From NCBI GenBank assembly GCA_963841915.1, contig CAWJEN010000005.1, positions 864,001 through 928,000 on the forward strand: a stretch of DNA of 64,000 nucleotides, read 5' to 3'. The notes under the pieces were generated by a model. That model was not told the DNA's origin and did no database searches. It saw nothing but the letters and a program-made list of their open reading frames with translations. A program made the translations under genes and the position numbers. Numbering within the stretch: the first letter of the stretch is position 1; each line of letters opens with the position of its first letter. Below, in pieces: positions 18,461 to 28,708 of this stretch. Source of the DNA: an uncultured Planctomycetota bacterium. Lineage in GTDB: Bacteria; Planctomycetota; Phycisphaerae; Tepidisphaerales; Tepidisphaeraceae.

Positions 18461-18597
18461 CCGGCGAGGAGTGTTCTCCCCGCCGGCCGCACCGACGACC
18501 TGCCCCCGGCAGGCCGCCCGCTCGACCACCGCCCGTCACTCGACCCCTGCCTGCCACATCGCCGACAAAGACTTTTCAGCGACCTCCAGCCCCCGCC

Positions 18598-20355
18598 ATG
18601 CACGCCGCCTCCACCGCTACCGACACCATCAAGCCGAAATCGACCAACGGCCCCAGCCCCGTCTTCAAAGGCCGTAGCGGTGCGCAGATCCTGTGCGACA
18701 TGCTCGTCGATCAGCACGGCGTTGACACGATGTTCGGCTACCCGGGCGGGGCGATCCTGCCCGTCTTCGACGCGCTGTACGACACGAAGGCCAACTTCAT
18801 TCTCAACCGCCACGAGCAAGCCAGCGGCCACGCGGCTGACGGTTACGCACGCGTCACCGGCAAGTGCGGCGTCGCCATCGTCACCAGCGGTCCGGGCGCG
18901 ACCAACACCGTCACGCCGCTGGCGACGGCACAAATGGATTCGATCCCGATGATCGTCTTCAGCGGTCAGGTCGCCACCGCCGTCATCGGTAACGACGCCT
19001 TCCAGGAGGCGGACGTCACCGGCATCACGCGGCCCTGCACGAAGTGGAACTACCTCGTCAAGGACGTCCGCGAGCTGCCTCGCGTCATCAACGAGGCGTT
19101 TCTGATTGCCACCAGCGGTCGGCCGGGTCCGGTGCTGATCGACCTGCCCAAGGACGTGACGACGGCCGTGCTGAAGGAAGAGGTCGATGACACGCCGCGG
19201 AATCACATTCTGGCCCGGCAGTTCTTTGGTGCGGCAGGCGGTGACGAGTCGAGCCTGAACACCGCCGCGGAGCTGATCAACAACGCCGAGCGGCCCGTGC
19301 TCTACGTCGGCGGTGGCGCGATCATCGCCAACGCGTGGAAGGAAGTTCGAGCCTGCAGCGACAAGGGCAACATCCCGTGCACCACGACGCTGCTGGGCAT
19401 GGGCGCGTACGACGAGCACGACCCCAAGAGCCTGCACATGCTCGGCATGCACGGCAGCGCCTACGCCAACTACGCCGTCCAGGAGAGCGACGTGCTCATT
19501 GCCGTCGGTGCTCGTTTCGACGACCGCGTCACGGGCAACCTGGCCAGCTTCGCGCCCAACGCCAAGATCATCCACATCGACATCGATCCGTCGAGCATCA
19601 GCAAGAACGTGGATGTCGACTGTGCCGTCATCGGCGACGCCAAGGCGTCGATGGCCGCGCTGGCCGAGCGTCTCGAGTTCCGCGAGCGTGGGACGTGGTT
19701 CGACAAGATCAACACCTGGAAGCAGAAGCACCCGTTCGCGTTCGTCGACGACACTGACCACGCCAAGCCGCAGTACGTGATCGAAGAGCTGCACCGCCAG
19801 ACCAACGGCGAGGCGATCATCACGACGGGCGTCGGTCAGCACCAGATGTGGGCCGCCCAGCATTACCGCTGGCGGTTCCCACGGCAGATGATCACGTCAG
19901 GCGGGCTCGGCACGATGGGCTTTGGCCTGCCATCGGCGCTGGGTGCACAGCTCGGTGCGCCGGACAAGGTCGTCGTCGACATCGACGGCGACGCCAGCTA
20001 CCTCATGACGTGCTACGAGCTGGCGACGCTTGCCGAGTACAACATCCCGGCCAAGATCATGATCCTGAACAACGACTTCCAGGGCATGGTCAAGCAGTGG
20101 CAGGACCTGTTCTACGACAAGCGGTACAGCAACACCCGCATGAAGAACCCGGACTTTGCCGCGATGGCCGAGAGCTTCGGCGTCAAGGGCGTCAAGTGCC
20201 GGGACAAGAAGGAAGTGCCCGCCGCCATCGACGCGATGTTGAGCCACGACGGCCCGGTGGTGGCCGACATTTTCGTCGACCCCGAGGAGCACGTCTACCC
20301 GATGGTGCCCGCCGGTAAGGGTCTGCACGAGATGAAGCTCGGCTCGCTGGCGTGA
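18598..20355 (+). CDS. ilvB: Acetolactate synthase large subunit, biosynthetic type
   Basis: FGYPGGAILP, RHEQ, TSGPGATN, GRPGPVLIDLPKD, GMHG, SGGLGTMGFGLP, DGDAS...NN. Confidence 0.96.
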   Translation: MHAASTATDTIKPKSTNGPSPVFKGRSGAQILCDMLVDQHGVDTMFGYPGGAILPVFDALYDTKANFILNRHEQASGHAADGYARVTGKCGVAIVTSGPGATNTVTPLATAQMDSIPMIVFSGQVATAVIGNDAFQEADVTGITRPCTKWNYLVKDVRELPRVINEAFLIATSGRPGPVLIDLPKDVTTAVLKEEVDDTPRNHILARQFFGAAGGDESSLNTAAELINNAERPVLYVGGGAIIANAWKEVRACSDKGNIPCTTTLLGMGAYDEHDPKSLHMLGMHGSAYANYAVQESDVLIAVGARFDDRVTGNLASFAPNAKIIHIDIDPSSISKNVDVDCAVIGDAKASMAALAERLEFRERGTWFDKINTWKQKHPFAFVDDTDHAKPQYVIEELHRQTNGEAIITTGVGQHQMWAAQHYRWRFPRQMITSGGLGTMGFGLPSALGAQLGAPDKVVVDIDGDASYLMTCYELATLAEYNIPAKIMILNNDFQGMVKQWQDLFYDKRYSNTRMKNPDFAAMAESFGVKGVKCRDKKEVPAAIDAMLSHDGPVVADIFVDPEEHVYPMVPAGKGLHEMKLGSLA

Positions 20356-20382
20356 GCCGGCTGAGGCCTTATTGAGCACGAA

Positions 20383-20409
20383 GCCGCGTCCTCGGACGCG
20401 GCCTTTTTT
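20383..20409 (+). terminator. Intrinsic terminator after ilvB
   Basis: GCCGCGTCC-TC-GGACGCGGC hairpin followed by CTTTTTT. Confidence 0.85.
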
Positions 20410-20423
20410 GCTGGACGCAAGAT

Positions 20424-20831
20424 CTACTCCTGCGATGGCGTGTGACTCTGCAGGAATCGCAACAGCATGTCCGCATCGCCAAAGCCGCCACGGGCGACGA
20501 CGTCGGCATCTTGCACGACGATGATTGTGGGTATCGACTCGACGCCGTACTTCGCCGCGAGTTCAGGCTGTTGATCGATGTCGATGTAGACTGGAATGTA
20601 CTGCTCGCGGATGACCGCTTCCACGCGATCGTCCGGCCAGGCGTTGGCCTTCATCGTCTTGCAAGGCGGGCACCAGTCGGCGGTGAAATACAGCAGCGAC
20701 GGCTTGGCCATGTTGACCGGGATCGACGTCTGCCACTCAATGTCGGCCGGGCCCTTGCTCGCACCGCGGATGGCCGAGCCGACCGCCAGCAGGGCCACGA
20801 CGGACCCGACGATGATGAGCGGCTTGTTCAT
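20424..20831 (-). CDS. Exported thioredoxin-family protein
   Basis: N-terminal TM/signal, FTADWCPPCK, YGVESIPT. Confidence 0.88.
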   Translation of the reverse strand: MNKPLIIVGSVVALLAVGSAIRGASKGPADIEWQTSIPVNMAKPSLLYFTADWCPPCKTMKANAWPDDRVEAVIREQYIPVYIDIDQQPELAAKYGVESIPTIIVVQDADVVARGGFGDADMLLRFLQSHTPSQE

Positions 20832-20855
20832 AGTTGTTACGTTACGCCGCCTCTC

Positions 20856-21863
20856 TCACGCCGCGTCGAGCAGGGCCCGCACCCGTGGCACGTAGCGGCG
20901 CACCGCTTCGTACACGCCGTCGTTGTCGTTGCTCGGGGCAACCCATTTTGCAATCGCTTTGCACTCGTCGCAGCCGTTGCTCATGGCAACAGGCGTGCCG
21001 GCACTCTTGAGCATGTCGAGATCGTTGATCGCGTCTCCGACAGCCATCGCGTTGCGTGGGTCGACGCCATACCGGTCGCATACGAGTCGAAGCGCCACAT
21101 CTTTACCGGCCTCGAAGCTCATGACCTGCACGAGGTCTGGGTCCGCGTGCACGACCTTGGCCACATCGCCGAACTTGGCCCGCAGTGCCTCACGCACGCG
21201 TGCCACTTTCCGCGGCTCGGCCAGGAACATCAGCTTCGTCGTCGGCTGGCGGCCCCAACTGCTCAGCGGCGCGACCACGTCAGGCCGAAACAATCGCCCG
21301 GTCACCGTCGTGCGATAAGGGTCGTGACGGTCGGTGTACCAGCGATCGACCACCTCGGCGGCGACCTGCACGTTTGGCACGACATCACGCGCCAGCTTCG
21401 CCATCTCCCACACGAGCGGCCCCTGCATCGGCCAGTGGTGCACGGGCCTGCCTGCCTTGGGATCCCACAGCAACGCACCGTTATAATTGATCTGCCACGT
21501 GTCGAGGCCAAGCCCTTCGTAGATTGCCCGGCAGCTCCGCGGCGGCCTGGCGCTGGCGAGCACGACCTTAATGCCGTGCCGCTCGAGCAGTCGCAACGCC
21601 TTGACCGTCGGACCGCTGATGCGCTTCTTGCTGTCGAGCAACGTGCCGTCGAGATCCAGCGCGACGAGCTCGACCGGCCGATTGACGAGACCGAGCCGTA
21701 GCCCGAGCCAGCCCAGTCCTCGCCGCAGGGCTGTCTGCTTCGGCGAACTGCTGTGCCGCGGCGGCGTGTTCGGGGCGACGATGGGCGGCGGATCGCGACG
21801 CACCGGCCGTGCCGGGGGCACGGGGGTGGCAGGTCGGGCTGGTGCGGTGGCCGTCTTGATCAC
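20856..21863 (-). CDS. Cof-type HAD-IIB hydrolase (start uncertain)
   Basis: DLDGTLL, ASARP, YNGA, GDAINDLDML, NDNDGV. Confidence 0.9.
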   Translation of the reverse strand: MIKTATAPARPATPVPPARPVRRDPPPIVAPNTPPRHSSSPKQTALRRGLGWLGLRLGLVNRPVELVALDLDGTLLDSKKRISGPTVKALRLLERHGIKVVLASARPPRSCRAIYEGLGLDTWQINYNGALLWDPKAGRPVHHWPMQGPLVWEMAKLARDVVPNVQVAAEVVDRWYTDRHDPYRTTVTGRLFRPDVVAPLSSWGRQPTTKLMFLAEPRKVARVREALRAKFGDVAKVVHADPDLVQVMSFEAGKDVALRLVCDRYGVDPRNAMAVGDAINDLDMLKSAGTPVAMSNGCDECKAIAKWVAPSNDNDGVYEAVRRYVPRVRALLDAA

Positions 21864-21938
21864 GGGGTTGCGTTCCGTTCGCGGGATAAGCGGGCGCCTC
21901 CTTGGCCCGCTGACAGTCTCCGACCCTCCGTGGCGGCA

Positions 21939-24900
21939 TCATCCGCCTTCGACGGTTGCCGCGTCAAGTACGACGCGTTGGCAGTGCCGATCCTGAACGC
22001 GAATCAGCCACGCCTCCACCGCCCGGCCTGTGCCGGCCGCGCAGGCCATGGCCAATGCCGCAGCCCGACCGACCGTTGCCGAGGGCTCTGCCCACACGAC
22101 ATCGACCATCACGAGCGGCCGCTTGACGTCGTTTGTCTCGATGAGCAACCCTGCCCGCCCACGCACCATCGGCCGGTCCCACGTCTCGCCATCGCCCGCC
22201 AGCAATAGCGGCACGTCCACCAATGCCCGCGCTCCCTGCTCCAACGCCCGCAACGGCTCCGTCGCCGCGAGCCAGTCGGCCGCCTCCCGGTCCTTGTCGT
22301 CGATATCCAAAGCTTCACCCGTCTCGGCAGCGACGATCAGCTTCCGCACCCAGTCGAGCACGATCTGCTCATTCGTTGACGCCACTCGCGGCGATAGATC
22401 GACCGCCGCCTCGCGGCGCGTTGCTTCTACGAATCTGTACGACGCTGCGAGCCGACGAACCGTTGAAGCCGTTTCATCATCAACATCACCCTCGGCCTCG
22501 ACGGCTTCGAGACGCTTCACGCTAAGCGGGACCGCTTCTCGATCGCTCGCGTCGACGATCACATCATGATCAACCGCCGCCTCGACGCGGATGGCCAGGT
22601 GCTCCGCCCGGCCCGCCGCCGCCCAAACGAGCCACTCGAGGAATGATCGCCCCTTGAGCACGTCGCTGCCGTCGAGGCGATCGACCGCCGCGTAGGCCTC
22701 GGCCACCTCGAGTAGTTTCACCGCCGACCGTGCGTGCCCGATGCACACGAGGTGCTCCCGGGCCCGCGTCATGGCCACGTACAGAAGTCGAAGCTCCTCA
22801 GCCAGCGCCGCCTTCGTCAACAACCGGCCGGCAATGAACGACTGCGGTGACTCGAAGCGCACTTGTTTAGCACGGTCGACGGCCGGCACCGCCAACGCCA
22901 CGTCGGCGTGGACCCGCACCTTTGCCTGCACCGACCGCATGTTGTGCGCTTTGCCACACCCGGCGACGAACACAATCGGGAACTCCAGCCCCTTGGCCGC
23001 GTGGATGCTCATGAGGCGAACCACGTTGTCTGCCGCCTCGCCACTCGTCGCCTGACCGACCTCGCCCGCTTCGTCGATCGCCGCGAGGTAGCTGACGAAG
23101 TCACCCACACCCGCGCCACGGCGACCGGCATCAAAGGCGATCGCCCGCTCGTGCAGATCAATCAGGTTTGCATGTCTCTGGCTTCCGTCCCGTAACCCCG
23201 TGACGTACGCGAGGTAGCCGCTGTGGGTCAGCACACGCCACACCGTGTCGGCCACCGGTCGCGACTGCCCATACGCCGCCCACTCGTCCAGCTGACCAAG
23301 CGCTTGCTGCACAGCGGGATCGGTTGCCGCATACGCATCAACAGCGTCGGCGAAATGTCGCGCCTCCGGCCCGGCGACGCGACAACGACCTAGCACGTCG
23401 GCCCCGTCCGTCAGCCCCGCGATCGGCGACCGCAGGTAGGCCGCAAGCTCCACGTCGCGTCTGCGGTTGTCGAGCAGACGCAGCACGCTGACGACATCAA
23501 GCACCTCGGTCGTCGAGAAGAAACCGGTACCGACCTCTGAGGTGCATGGAACGCCGCTGCGCCGCATGGCGGCCGTGAAGCGACGACTACCGAAACGCGG
23601 TGACCGCATGAGCACCGCGACGTGCCGCCAGTCAAGCGCGACCACCACGCCGTCAACTACGACCTGTCTACCTTCGTCTTGCCAGGCGTGCAACTGCTTC
23701 GCAATGGCGACGGCTTCGCGCTCGACCTGTTCGAGCTCGAGCGTCTGGTCGTCGGCCTCTTCGTCCGGTGCGCCGTCGAGTACCAGCACATCGATTGGCG
23801 ATCCGGCGAATCCTTGAGCCGGAGGGGCGTCATGCGTGCCGCCCGGTCGAAGCGCGTGGCCGTCGGCGTAGTCAATCCCGACGTCGCGCTCGCTCGTCAT
23901 CAAGCGAGACATCGCGACGTTGATCGCGCTCAACAGCGGCGGACGGCTGCGGAAGTTCGACTGCAGGTTGATCCGCAATCGGCCTTCCGTTGCGTCGGCA
24001 GCGTGCAGCCGATCAAGAAACCGTCGCGGCTCTGCGTGCCGAAAGCCGTAGACGCTCTGCTTGACATCGCCGACCGAGAACAGGTTTGCGTTGCCCGCAT
24101 CGGCGGGGCGGCTGATGAGCGACAACAAGGCATCCTGCAACGCGTTGAGGTCCTGCGACTCGTCAACGAGCACGTGGGCATACCGCTGTCGGAGTTCGCG
24201 GGCAACGGCCGTCGCCTTGCCTGTCTCATCCCGCAGCAGGTCGAGCGCGAGGTGCGAGACATCGGCAAAGTCGAGCGAGCGCAGCCGCCGCTTCTCGGCC
24301 GCGTACCGGTCGGCAAAGCTGTCGAGCAACGCCAGCAGCGTTCGCGTCGGCTGCACCGTCGACGCAAGCCCGCTCTGCCAAGCGTCACCGACCGACAGCA
24401 CCGCAGCGAGGTCGCTCTTGGTGATGGCCTCGCGCAGCGGCTCGAGGGCTTGCTTGATCGCCTCCTTCTCCGGCCCCTTCTTACCGAGCGCGAGTGTGCC
24501 GGTCGGTGTGACGACCGCCGCCGACGCGGCGGCAAGGTCACCCGCATCGAGTGCGGCCGCGACGGCATCGGCCACGTCGGACCAACCCTCGGCAAACGCG
24601 ATCAGCCTCGCCAGCTTCGGTTCAGATCGTCCCGCGTCGCAAGCCCAGCGCACGCGTCGGGCCATCATCGGCAGATCGGGTGTCGACTCCCGAACGGCCT
24701 CGAGAAACGCGCGGCCCAGCGTCGTCGTAAACAGGTCGCCCGACTCGGCCGCTTCTTCAACGTCACGCAGCGCCCGCGTCTTGCGATCGGCCGGATCGGG
24801 TAGGGCGGCCAGCGTCTCGTGCAGCGACACGATCGTCTGCGCCATCGCACGCAGGTTGCCGTCGAACAAGTCATCGGCAAGCTCGGCAACGGCCTCATCC

Positions 24901-25349
24901 TCGCCCAGCGCGATGTCGATCGTCTCACCCGCCGCTTGCCGTCGCAGCACCGCGGCCTGCTCGGCATCGAGTGTCGCAAATGCCGGATCCACCCCGGCCG
25001 CCTGATCATTGCGGCGTACCAGGTTTCCGCAGAAACCATCAATCGTCCCGATAAAGCCCCCGCTGAGTCGTTCGAGCTCATGGGCGAGATGGTCACGCAA
25101 AGACTCGTCGATCTGCGACTCGACGGACTCCGTCAGACGGCCGGCGATTCGACCCCGCATCTCATCGGCTGCAGCGTTGGTGAACGTGACGACGAGCAAA
25201 TCACCCACGCTGCAACCCGTCGACAGCAAGTGCACGTAGCGCTCGGCGAGCGTTGCCGTCTTGCCGCTACCGGCGGCAGCGCTGACGGCTAGCTCGACGC
25301 CCGTCGTCTCGATCGCTCGACGTTGATCGCTCGTCCAGTCGACGCTCAT
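21939..25349 (-). CDS. addA: AddA-like UvrD helicase with degenerate C-terminal nuclease domain
   Basis: SAAAGSGKT, VTFTNAAA, VDESQD, VGDVKQSVYGFR, NFRS, MSIHAAKGLEF, EELRLLYVAMTRA; adjacent to addB. Confidence 0.88.
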   Translation of the reverse strand: MSVDWTSDQRRAIETTGVELAVSAAAGSGKTATLAERYVHLLSTGCSVGDLLVVTFTNAAADEMRGRIAGRLTESVESQIDESLRDHLAHELERLSGGFIGTIDGFCGNLVRRNDQAAGVDPAFATLDAEQAAVLRRQAAGETIDIALGEDEAVAELADDLFDGNLRAMAQTIVSLHETLAALPDPADRKTRALRDVEEAAESGDLFTTTLGRAFLEAVRESTPDLPMMARRVRWACDAGRSEPKLARLIAFAEGWSDVADAVAAALDAGDLAAASAAVVTPTGTLALGKKGPEKEAIKQALEPLREAITKSDLAAVLSVGDAWQSGLASTVQPTRTLLALLDSFADRYAAEKRRLRSLDFADVSHLALDLLRDETGKATAVARELRQRYAHVLVDESQDLNALQDALLSLISRPADAGNANLFSVGDVKQSVYGFRHAEPRRFLDRLHAADATEGRLRINLQSNFRSRPPLLSAINVAMSRLMTSERDVGIDYADGHALRPGGTHDAPPAQGFAGSPIDVLVLDGAPDEEADDQTLELEQVEREAVAIAKQLHAWQDEGRQVVVDGVVVALDWRHVAVLMRSPRFGSRRFTAAMRRSGVPCTSEVGTGFFSTTEVLDVVSVLRLLDNRRRDVELAAYLRSPIAGLTDGADVLGRCRVAGPEARHFADAVDAYAATDPAVQQALGQLDEWAAYGQSRPVADTVWRVLTHSGYLAYVTGLRDGSQRHANLIDLHERAIAFDAGRRGAGVGDFVSYLAAIDEAGEVGQATSGEAADNVVRLMSIHAAKGLEFPIVFVAGCGKAHNMRSVQAKVRVHADVALAVPAVDRAKQVRFESPQSFIAGRLLTKAALAEELRLLYVAMTRAREHLVCIGHARSAVKLLEVAEAYAAVDRLDGSDVLKGRSFLEWLVWAAAGRAEHLAIRVEAAVDHDVIVDASDREAVPLSVKRLEAVEAEGDVDDETASTVRRLAASYRFVEATRREAAVDLSPRVASTNEQIVLDWVRKLIVAAETGEALDIDDKDREAADWLAATEPLRALEQGARALVDVPLLLAGDGETWDRPMVRGRAGLLIETNDVKRPLVMVDVVWAEPSATVGRAAALAMACAAGTGRAVEAWLIRVQDRHCQRVVLDAATVEGG

Positions 25350-28300
25350 GCTTCTGCTTCCGGTAGAATCAGCTCAGGTCGGCGGTACTGATCGTCGGGC
25401 GGATCGAAGCGACAGACCGCCAGATACCCGCATCGGCCGCAGGGCGTCTCGTTGCCGAGCCGGTACGGATTCGGTCGGATGTCTCCGTCGAGGATGCCGT
25501 CGGCGAGCTTACCGATAAGGTCAGCGATCGCCTTCAGCACGTCGTCGAGACGACCCTCGGCCAGCAGGTCGCCGCCTTTGTAGGGTTCGCCTGACTTCTT
25601 CACCTGTGCGGAGAAGACGTCGCTTTTGCCTTGGTTGTGATGCTCTGCGTCGGGACGATCGTTGGCAAAGAAGCCGTCGAGTAACGGCAGGCCGTCGTAG
25701 GCGATGAGGCCGCGAGGCTTTTCTCTGAGGAAGAACGCATCTTCGGGCGGTGCGGGCTCGTCGGCCGGGTCGTCGACCGTGCGGAAGACGCGCCCGACGC
25801 CGACCTCCAACGCGGCGATGGGGTTGCCCCCGCCATCACCGAGTGCTTCGCCCTGATCTGTCAGAACCAGCAGGTTTGCCACGAGCTGCAGGGCCAGGCC
25901 GTACTCGACGCGTCGGGTGATCGCCTGGGCCGAGCCGCGATAATCGATCGCAGCCGCTCCGACGCCAGGTGCAATGTCGACGCGATCGATGTGCCCGCTG
26001 AGGTGCACGACGCGACCCTTGGGCGTGCTGATGGCGAGCGGTTTAAGCGCCGCGTCGTCGTGGTCGGCAAAGCTGACGCCTGTCGCCGCCGGACGCGTCA
26101 TGCCGCGAGACCATGCCGCCCGTTGTGCCTCCAGCACCTCGGCAAGCGTTTGCTCGACGCGAGCCAGCAGGTACCGCCCGCGACCGCTTTCGCCGAAGAT
26201 GTTGCCGCGAAGTTCCTTGGCCACTTCGCGTGCGACGGCTGGAAGTCGCTGCTTGAGCTGCTCGGCTCCGCCGGCAGTTGAAACGTCGACGCCTTCCTCG
26301 ATGGCATTGGAGACGAGTCGCTCGAGCACGCCGTGCGCGGCAAGGCCGACGTCGCGGGGCGTTGCTTCACCACCCATGGGTTCGGCAAGGCCCAGCGTGT
26401 CCTTGGCGAAGCCGCGAAACGGGCAGTGGGCGAATCGCTCAACCCGCGCGACGGTTGCCGACAGCTCGCCTGCGAAGAGCGCGTCACGCGTCGCCGGCTG
26501 CAACCGCGGGTCGTTCTCATAGGTGAGCGACCGCCACGCCTTGATGACGTTTGCCTGGTCGCGAAGCGCGTTGTACAGGTGCGTCTCAGGTGCCTGTGGA
26601 TTCGCCCCGTCTTTCGCCCACACCAGCAGGCGGCGGGTTGCGTCGCGCGTCGTCACCGTCGGCGAGGTGACCCGTGACGCCGTGACGCCGAGCGTCGTGG
26701 CGACGCGGGTCCAGAACGGCGATGCGACCCGCGACCGACCTGAAGTGTCAGTTGTCGGGCGGGTCAAGGTGAGTCGTGACGACGCGAGTGTCATCGCGCG
26801 GTACGCGTGTCGTCGCTCTTCGACGGCGACGTCGGCCGGATCATCGACGTCGATGCCGAGTTGCCTGAGTCGGCGGCGGTCCTCGTCGCTCAAGACCTCG
26901 ACCGCGCGGTCACCCGGCGGAAAGATGCCGTCACTGAGGCCTACCACCACGCACCGCTGCACACCTGCCGGTAAGACGGCGCGCGTCACATCGGCCAGCA
27001 GCACCGCGTCCACCGTCGGCGGCCGGACGGCGAATTCCAGCCGGTCCAGCGCCGCGTCGAGCATCGTCGCAAACCGCTTGCCCGACATCTCTTCGACGCC
27101 GATGAGGGCCGTCGCCTGGGCCATCGCGTTTGCGATGCCGGCAAACGCCTGTTTCCCTTCGTCGTCCTCTTTGAGCTGCGATGCAAGATCAAACCGCTCG
27201 ATCGTCTCGGTCATCGCCTCGGCGTGCCGTGCAAGTGGCCGGTCGCTGCCGTCGAAGGAGGCGAGGATCGGCTCGAGCATCGACACGAGCCGCCGTCTGG
27301 CCGCGTCGGCCATGTTCGCATCTTCGGGCGTATCAACCGAAAGCGACTGCCAATCCCCCGGCTGCTCCCAGGCACGACGGCCGTGCATGCGTCGGTCGTC
27401 GACAAAGGCTTCGAGCACATCTCGCTCCGCTTGCGTCAGGCCGGCCAGCGGGTTCTTGGCCAGATTCATCGCCTGCCGGTGCGGCCACGCGTCGGCCGCA
27501 CACGCCAAGGCCGCCCGTAGCAGCCGCACCACCGCATGATGCCGAGCCGGCCGACGCCTGTCGGTAAACGTTGCCAATCCCGCCTCGGCAAACAGCGGTT
27601 CGAGCAGCCCGACGTACGGCTCTGCTTTGCGAAACAGCACACAGCAGTCCCGCAGCCGCGCACCTTCGAGCGTCCAGTCCTGAATCTGTGCCACCGCGGC
27701 GGCGACCTCGGCCCGCTCGTCCGTCGCCTCCAGAAGCCGAACCGCACTTACGTTTATGCCAACCGCTCGCGACGGTCGCGGTTGCGGGAAATCCCGCTCG
27801 ATCGTCGCCAGGTCCGCCGTCGCGAACCGCGGCCGATCCTTGAGCAACGTCGGCTGCCCGACCGTCACACCCTCGCTGCGCAGCGCCTGCTGCAGTGCAA
27901 GCCGTTCGATCGTCGCCTTGCCGAAGAGGCTGTTCCGATCGGTCGTGTTGAGCGATGCCGGGTCGTCGGTAAAGGTGACGAGCGTCTGGTCGCAGTACCT
28001 AGCCATGCTGGCGATGAGCTGCCGCTCGAAGCCACGGATCGAGCGAAAGCCGTCGACGAACAACGTCGCACCGGCAAGGCCGGTCGCGTGCGGGATGCGC
28101 TCAAGGGCGTGGCCGAACCGGGCGTTGACATCGAGCCGGTCACCAAGCAGCGTCTCGTACCGGTCGGCGATAAGGGCCAAATCGTGGAGTTTGGCCAGCA
28201 GCTCCGGGTCGCCTTCCGGGTCGCCCGTAAGCCGGTCGGCCACGTTTTTGGCAGATTCGCCCGCCCGCTCAAGGTCAGCCAACGCCGCGTCCACGCGGGC

Positions 28301-28666
28301 GGTGGTTCCTTGCCGATTCGCTGCGTCGCGGAAGTGAAGCAAACGAGCATCAAGCGTGCGCAGTAGGTGGCCGATCAGCAGCTCGCGACCGACGCGGTCA
28401 ATGGTGACATCGCCCTGGCCGCCACTGTCGCGGACGATCCAGCCGGCCAGTGCTTCGGGGTCGACTACACGCACCCGCAACGTCGCAGCGCCTGCCGTCA
28501 AAGCCAGGTGCCGTTCCATCTCGAAGGTCGCCTGCTTCGGTACAAGCACGAAGATCGGCGGCCCCAGTGACGCGGCCTTTGTTGATGCGAGGACCCGATC
28601 GAGAACAAACCGACTCTTACCCGAACCGGCGCGCCCGATCACAAAGCTGGCTCGGGGTGACGGCAC
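25346..28666 (-). CDS. addB: AddB-like helicase/nuclease subunit with Fe-S cysteines
   Basis: GRAGSGKS, VPKQATF, CPF, GHIDRVD, C-terminal CGRCGYLAVCRFD. Confidence 0.88.
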   Translation of the reverse strand: MPSPRASFVIGRAGSGKSRFVLDRVLASTKAASLGPPIFVLVPKQATFEMERHLALTAGAATLRVRVVDPEALAGWIVRDSGGQGDVTIDRVGRELLIGHLLRTLDARLLHFRDAANRQGTTARVDAALADLERAGESAKNVADRLTGDPEGDPELLAKLHDLALIADRYETLLGDRLDVNARFGHALERIPHATGLAGATLFVDGFRSIRGFERQLIASMARYCDQTLVTFTDDPASLNTTDRNSLFGKATIERLALQQALRSEGVTVGQPTLLKDRPRFATADLATIERDFPQPRPSRAVGINVSAVRLLEATDERAEVAAAVAQIQDWTLEGARLRDCCVLFRKAEPYVGLLEPLFAEAGLATFTDRRRPARHHAVVRLLRAALACAADAWPHRQAMNLAKNPLAGLTQAERDVLEAFVDDRRMHGRRAWEQPGDWQSLSVDTPEDANMADAARRRLVSMLEPILASFDGSDRPLARHAEAMTETIERFDLASQLKEDDEGKQAFAGIANAMAQATALIGVEEMSGKRFATMLDAALDRLEFAVRPPTVDAVLLADVTRAVLPAGVQRCVVVGLSDGIFPPGDRAVEVLSDEDRRRLRQLGIDVDDPADVAVEERRHAYRAMTLASSRLTLTRPTTDTSGRSRVASPFWTRVATTLGVTASRVTSPTVTTRDATRRLLVWAKDGANPQAPETHLYNALRDQANVIKAWRSLTYENDPRLQPATRDALFAGELSATVARVERFAHCPFRGFAKDTLGLAEPMGGEATPRDVGLAAHGVLERLVSNAIEEGVDVSTAGGAEQLKQRLPAVAREVAKELRGNIFGESGRGRYLLARVEQTLAEVLEAQRAAWSRGMTRPAATGVSFADHDDAALKPLAISTPKGRVVHLSGHIDRVDIAPGVGAAAIDYRGSAQAITRRVEYGLALQLVANLLVLTDQGEALGDGGGNPIAALEVGVGRVFRTVDDPADEPAPPEDAFFLREKPRGLIAYDGLPLLDGFFANDRPDAEHHNQGKSDVFSAQVKKSGEPYKGGDLLAEGRLDDVLKAIADLIGKLADGILDGDIRPNPYRLGNETPCGRCGYLAVCRFDPPDDQYRRPELILPEAEA

Positions 28667-28708
28667 GTCGCTAAGGCTACGGACGCCCGCGCGGGTGTAC
28701 CATCACGC

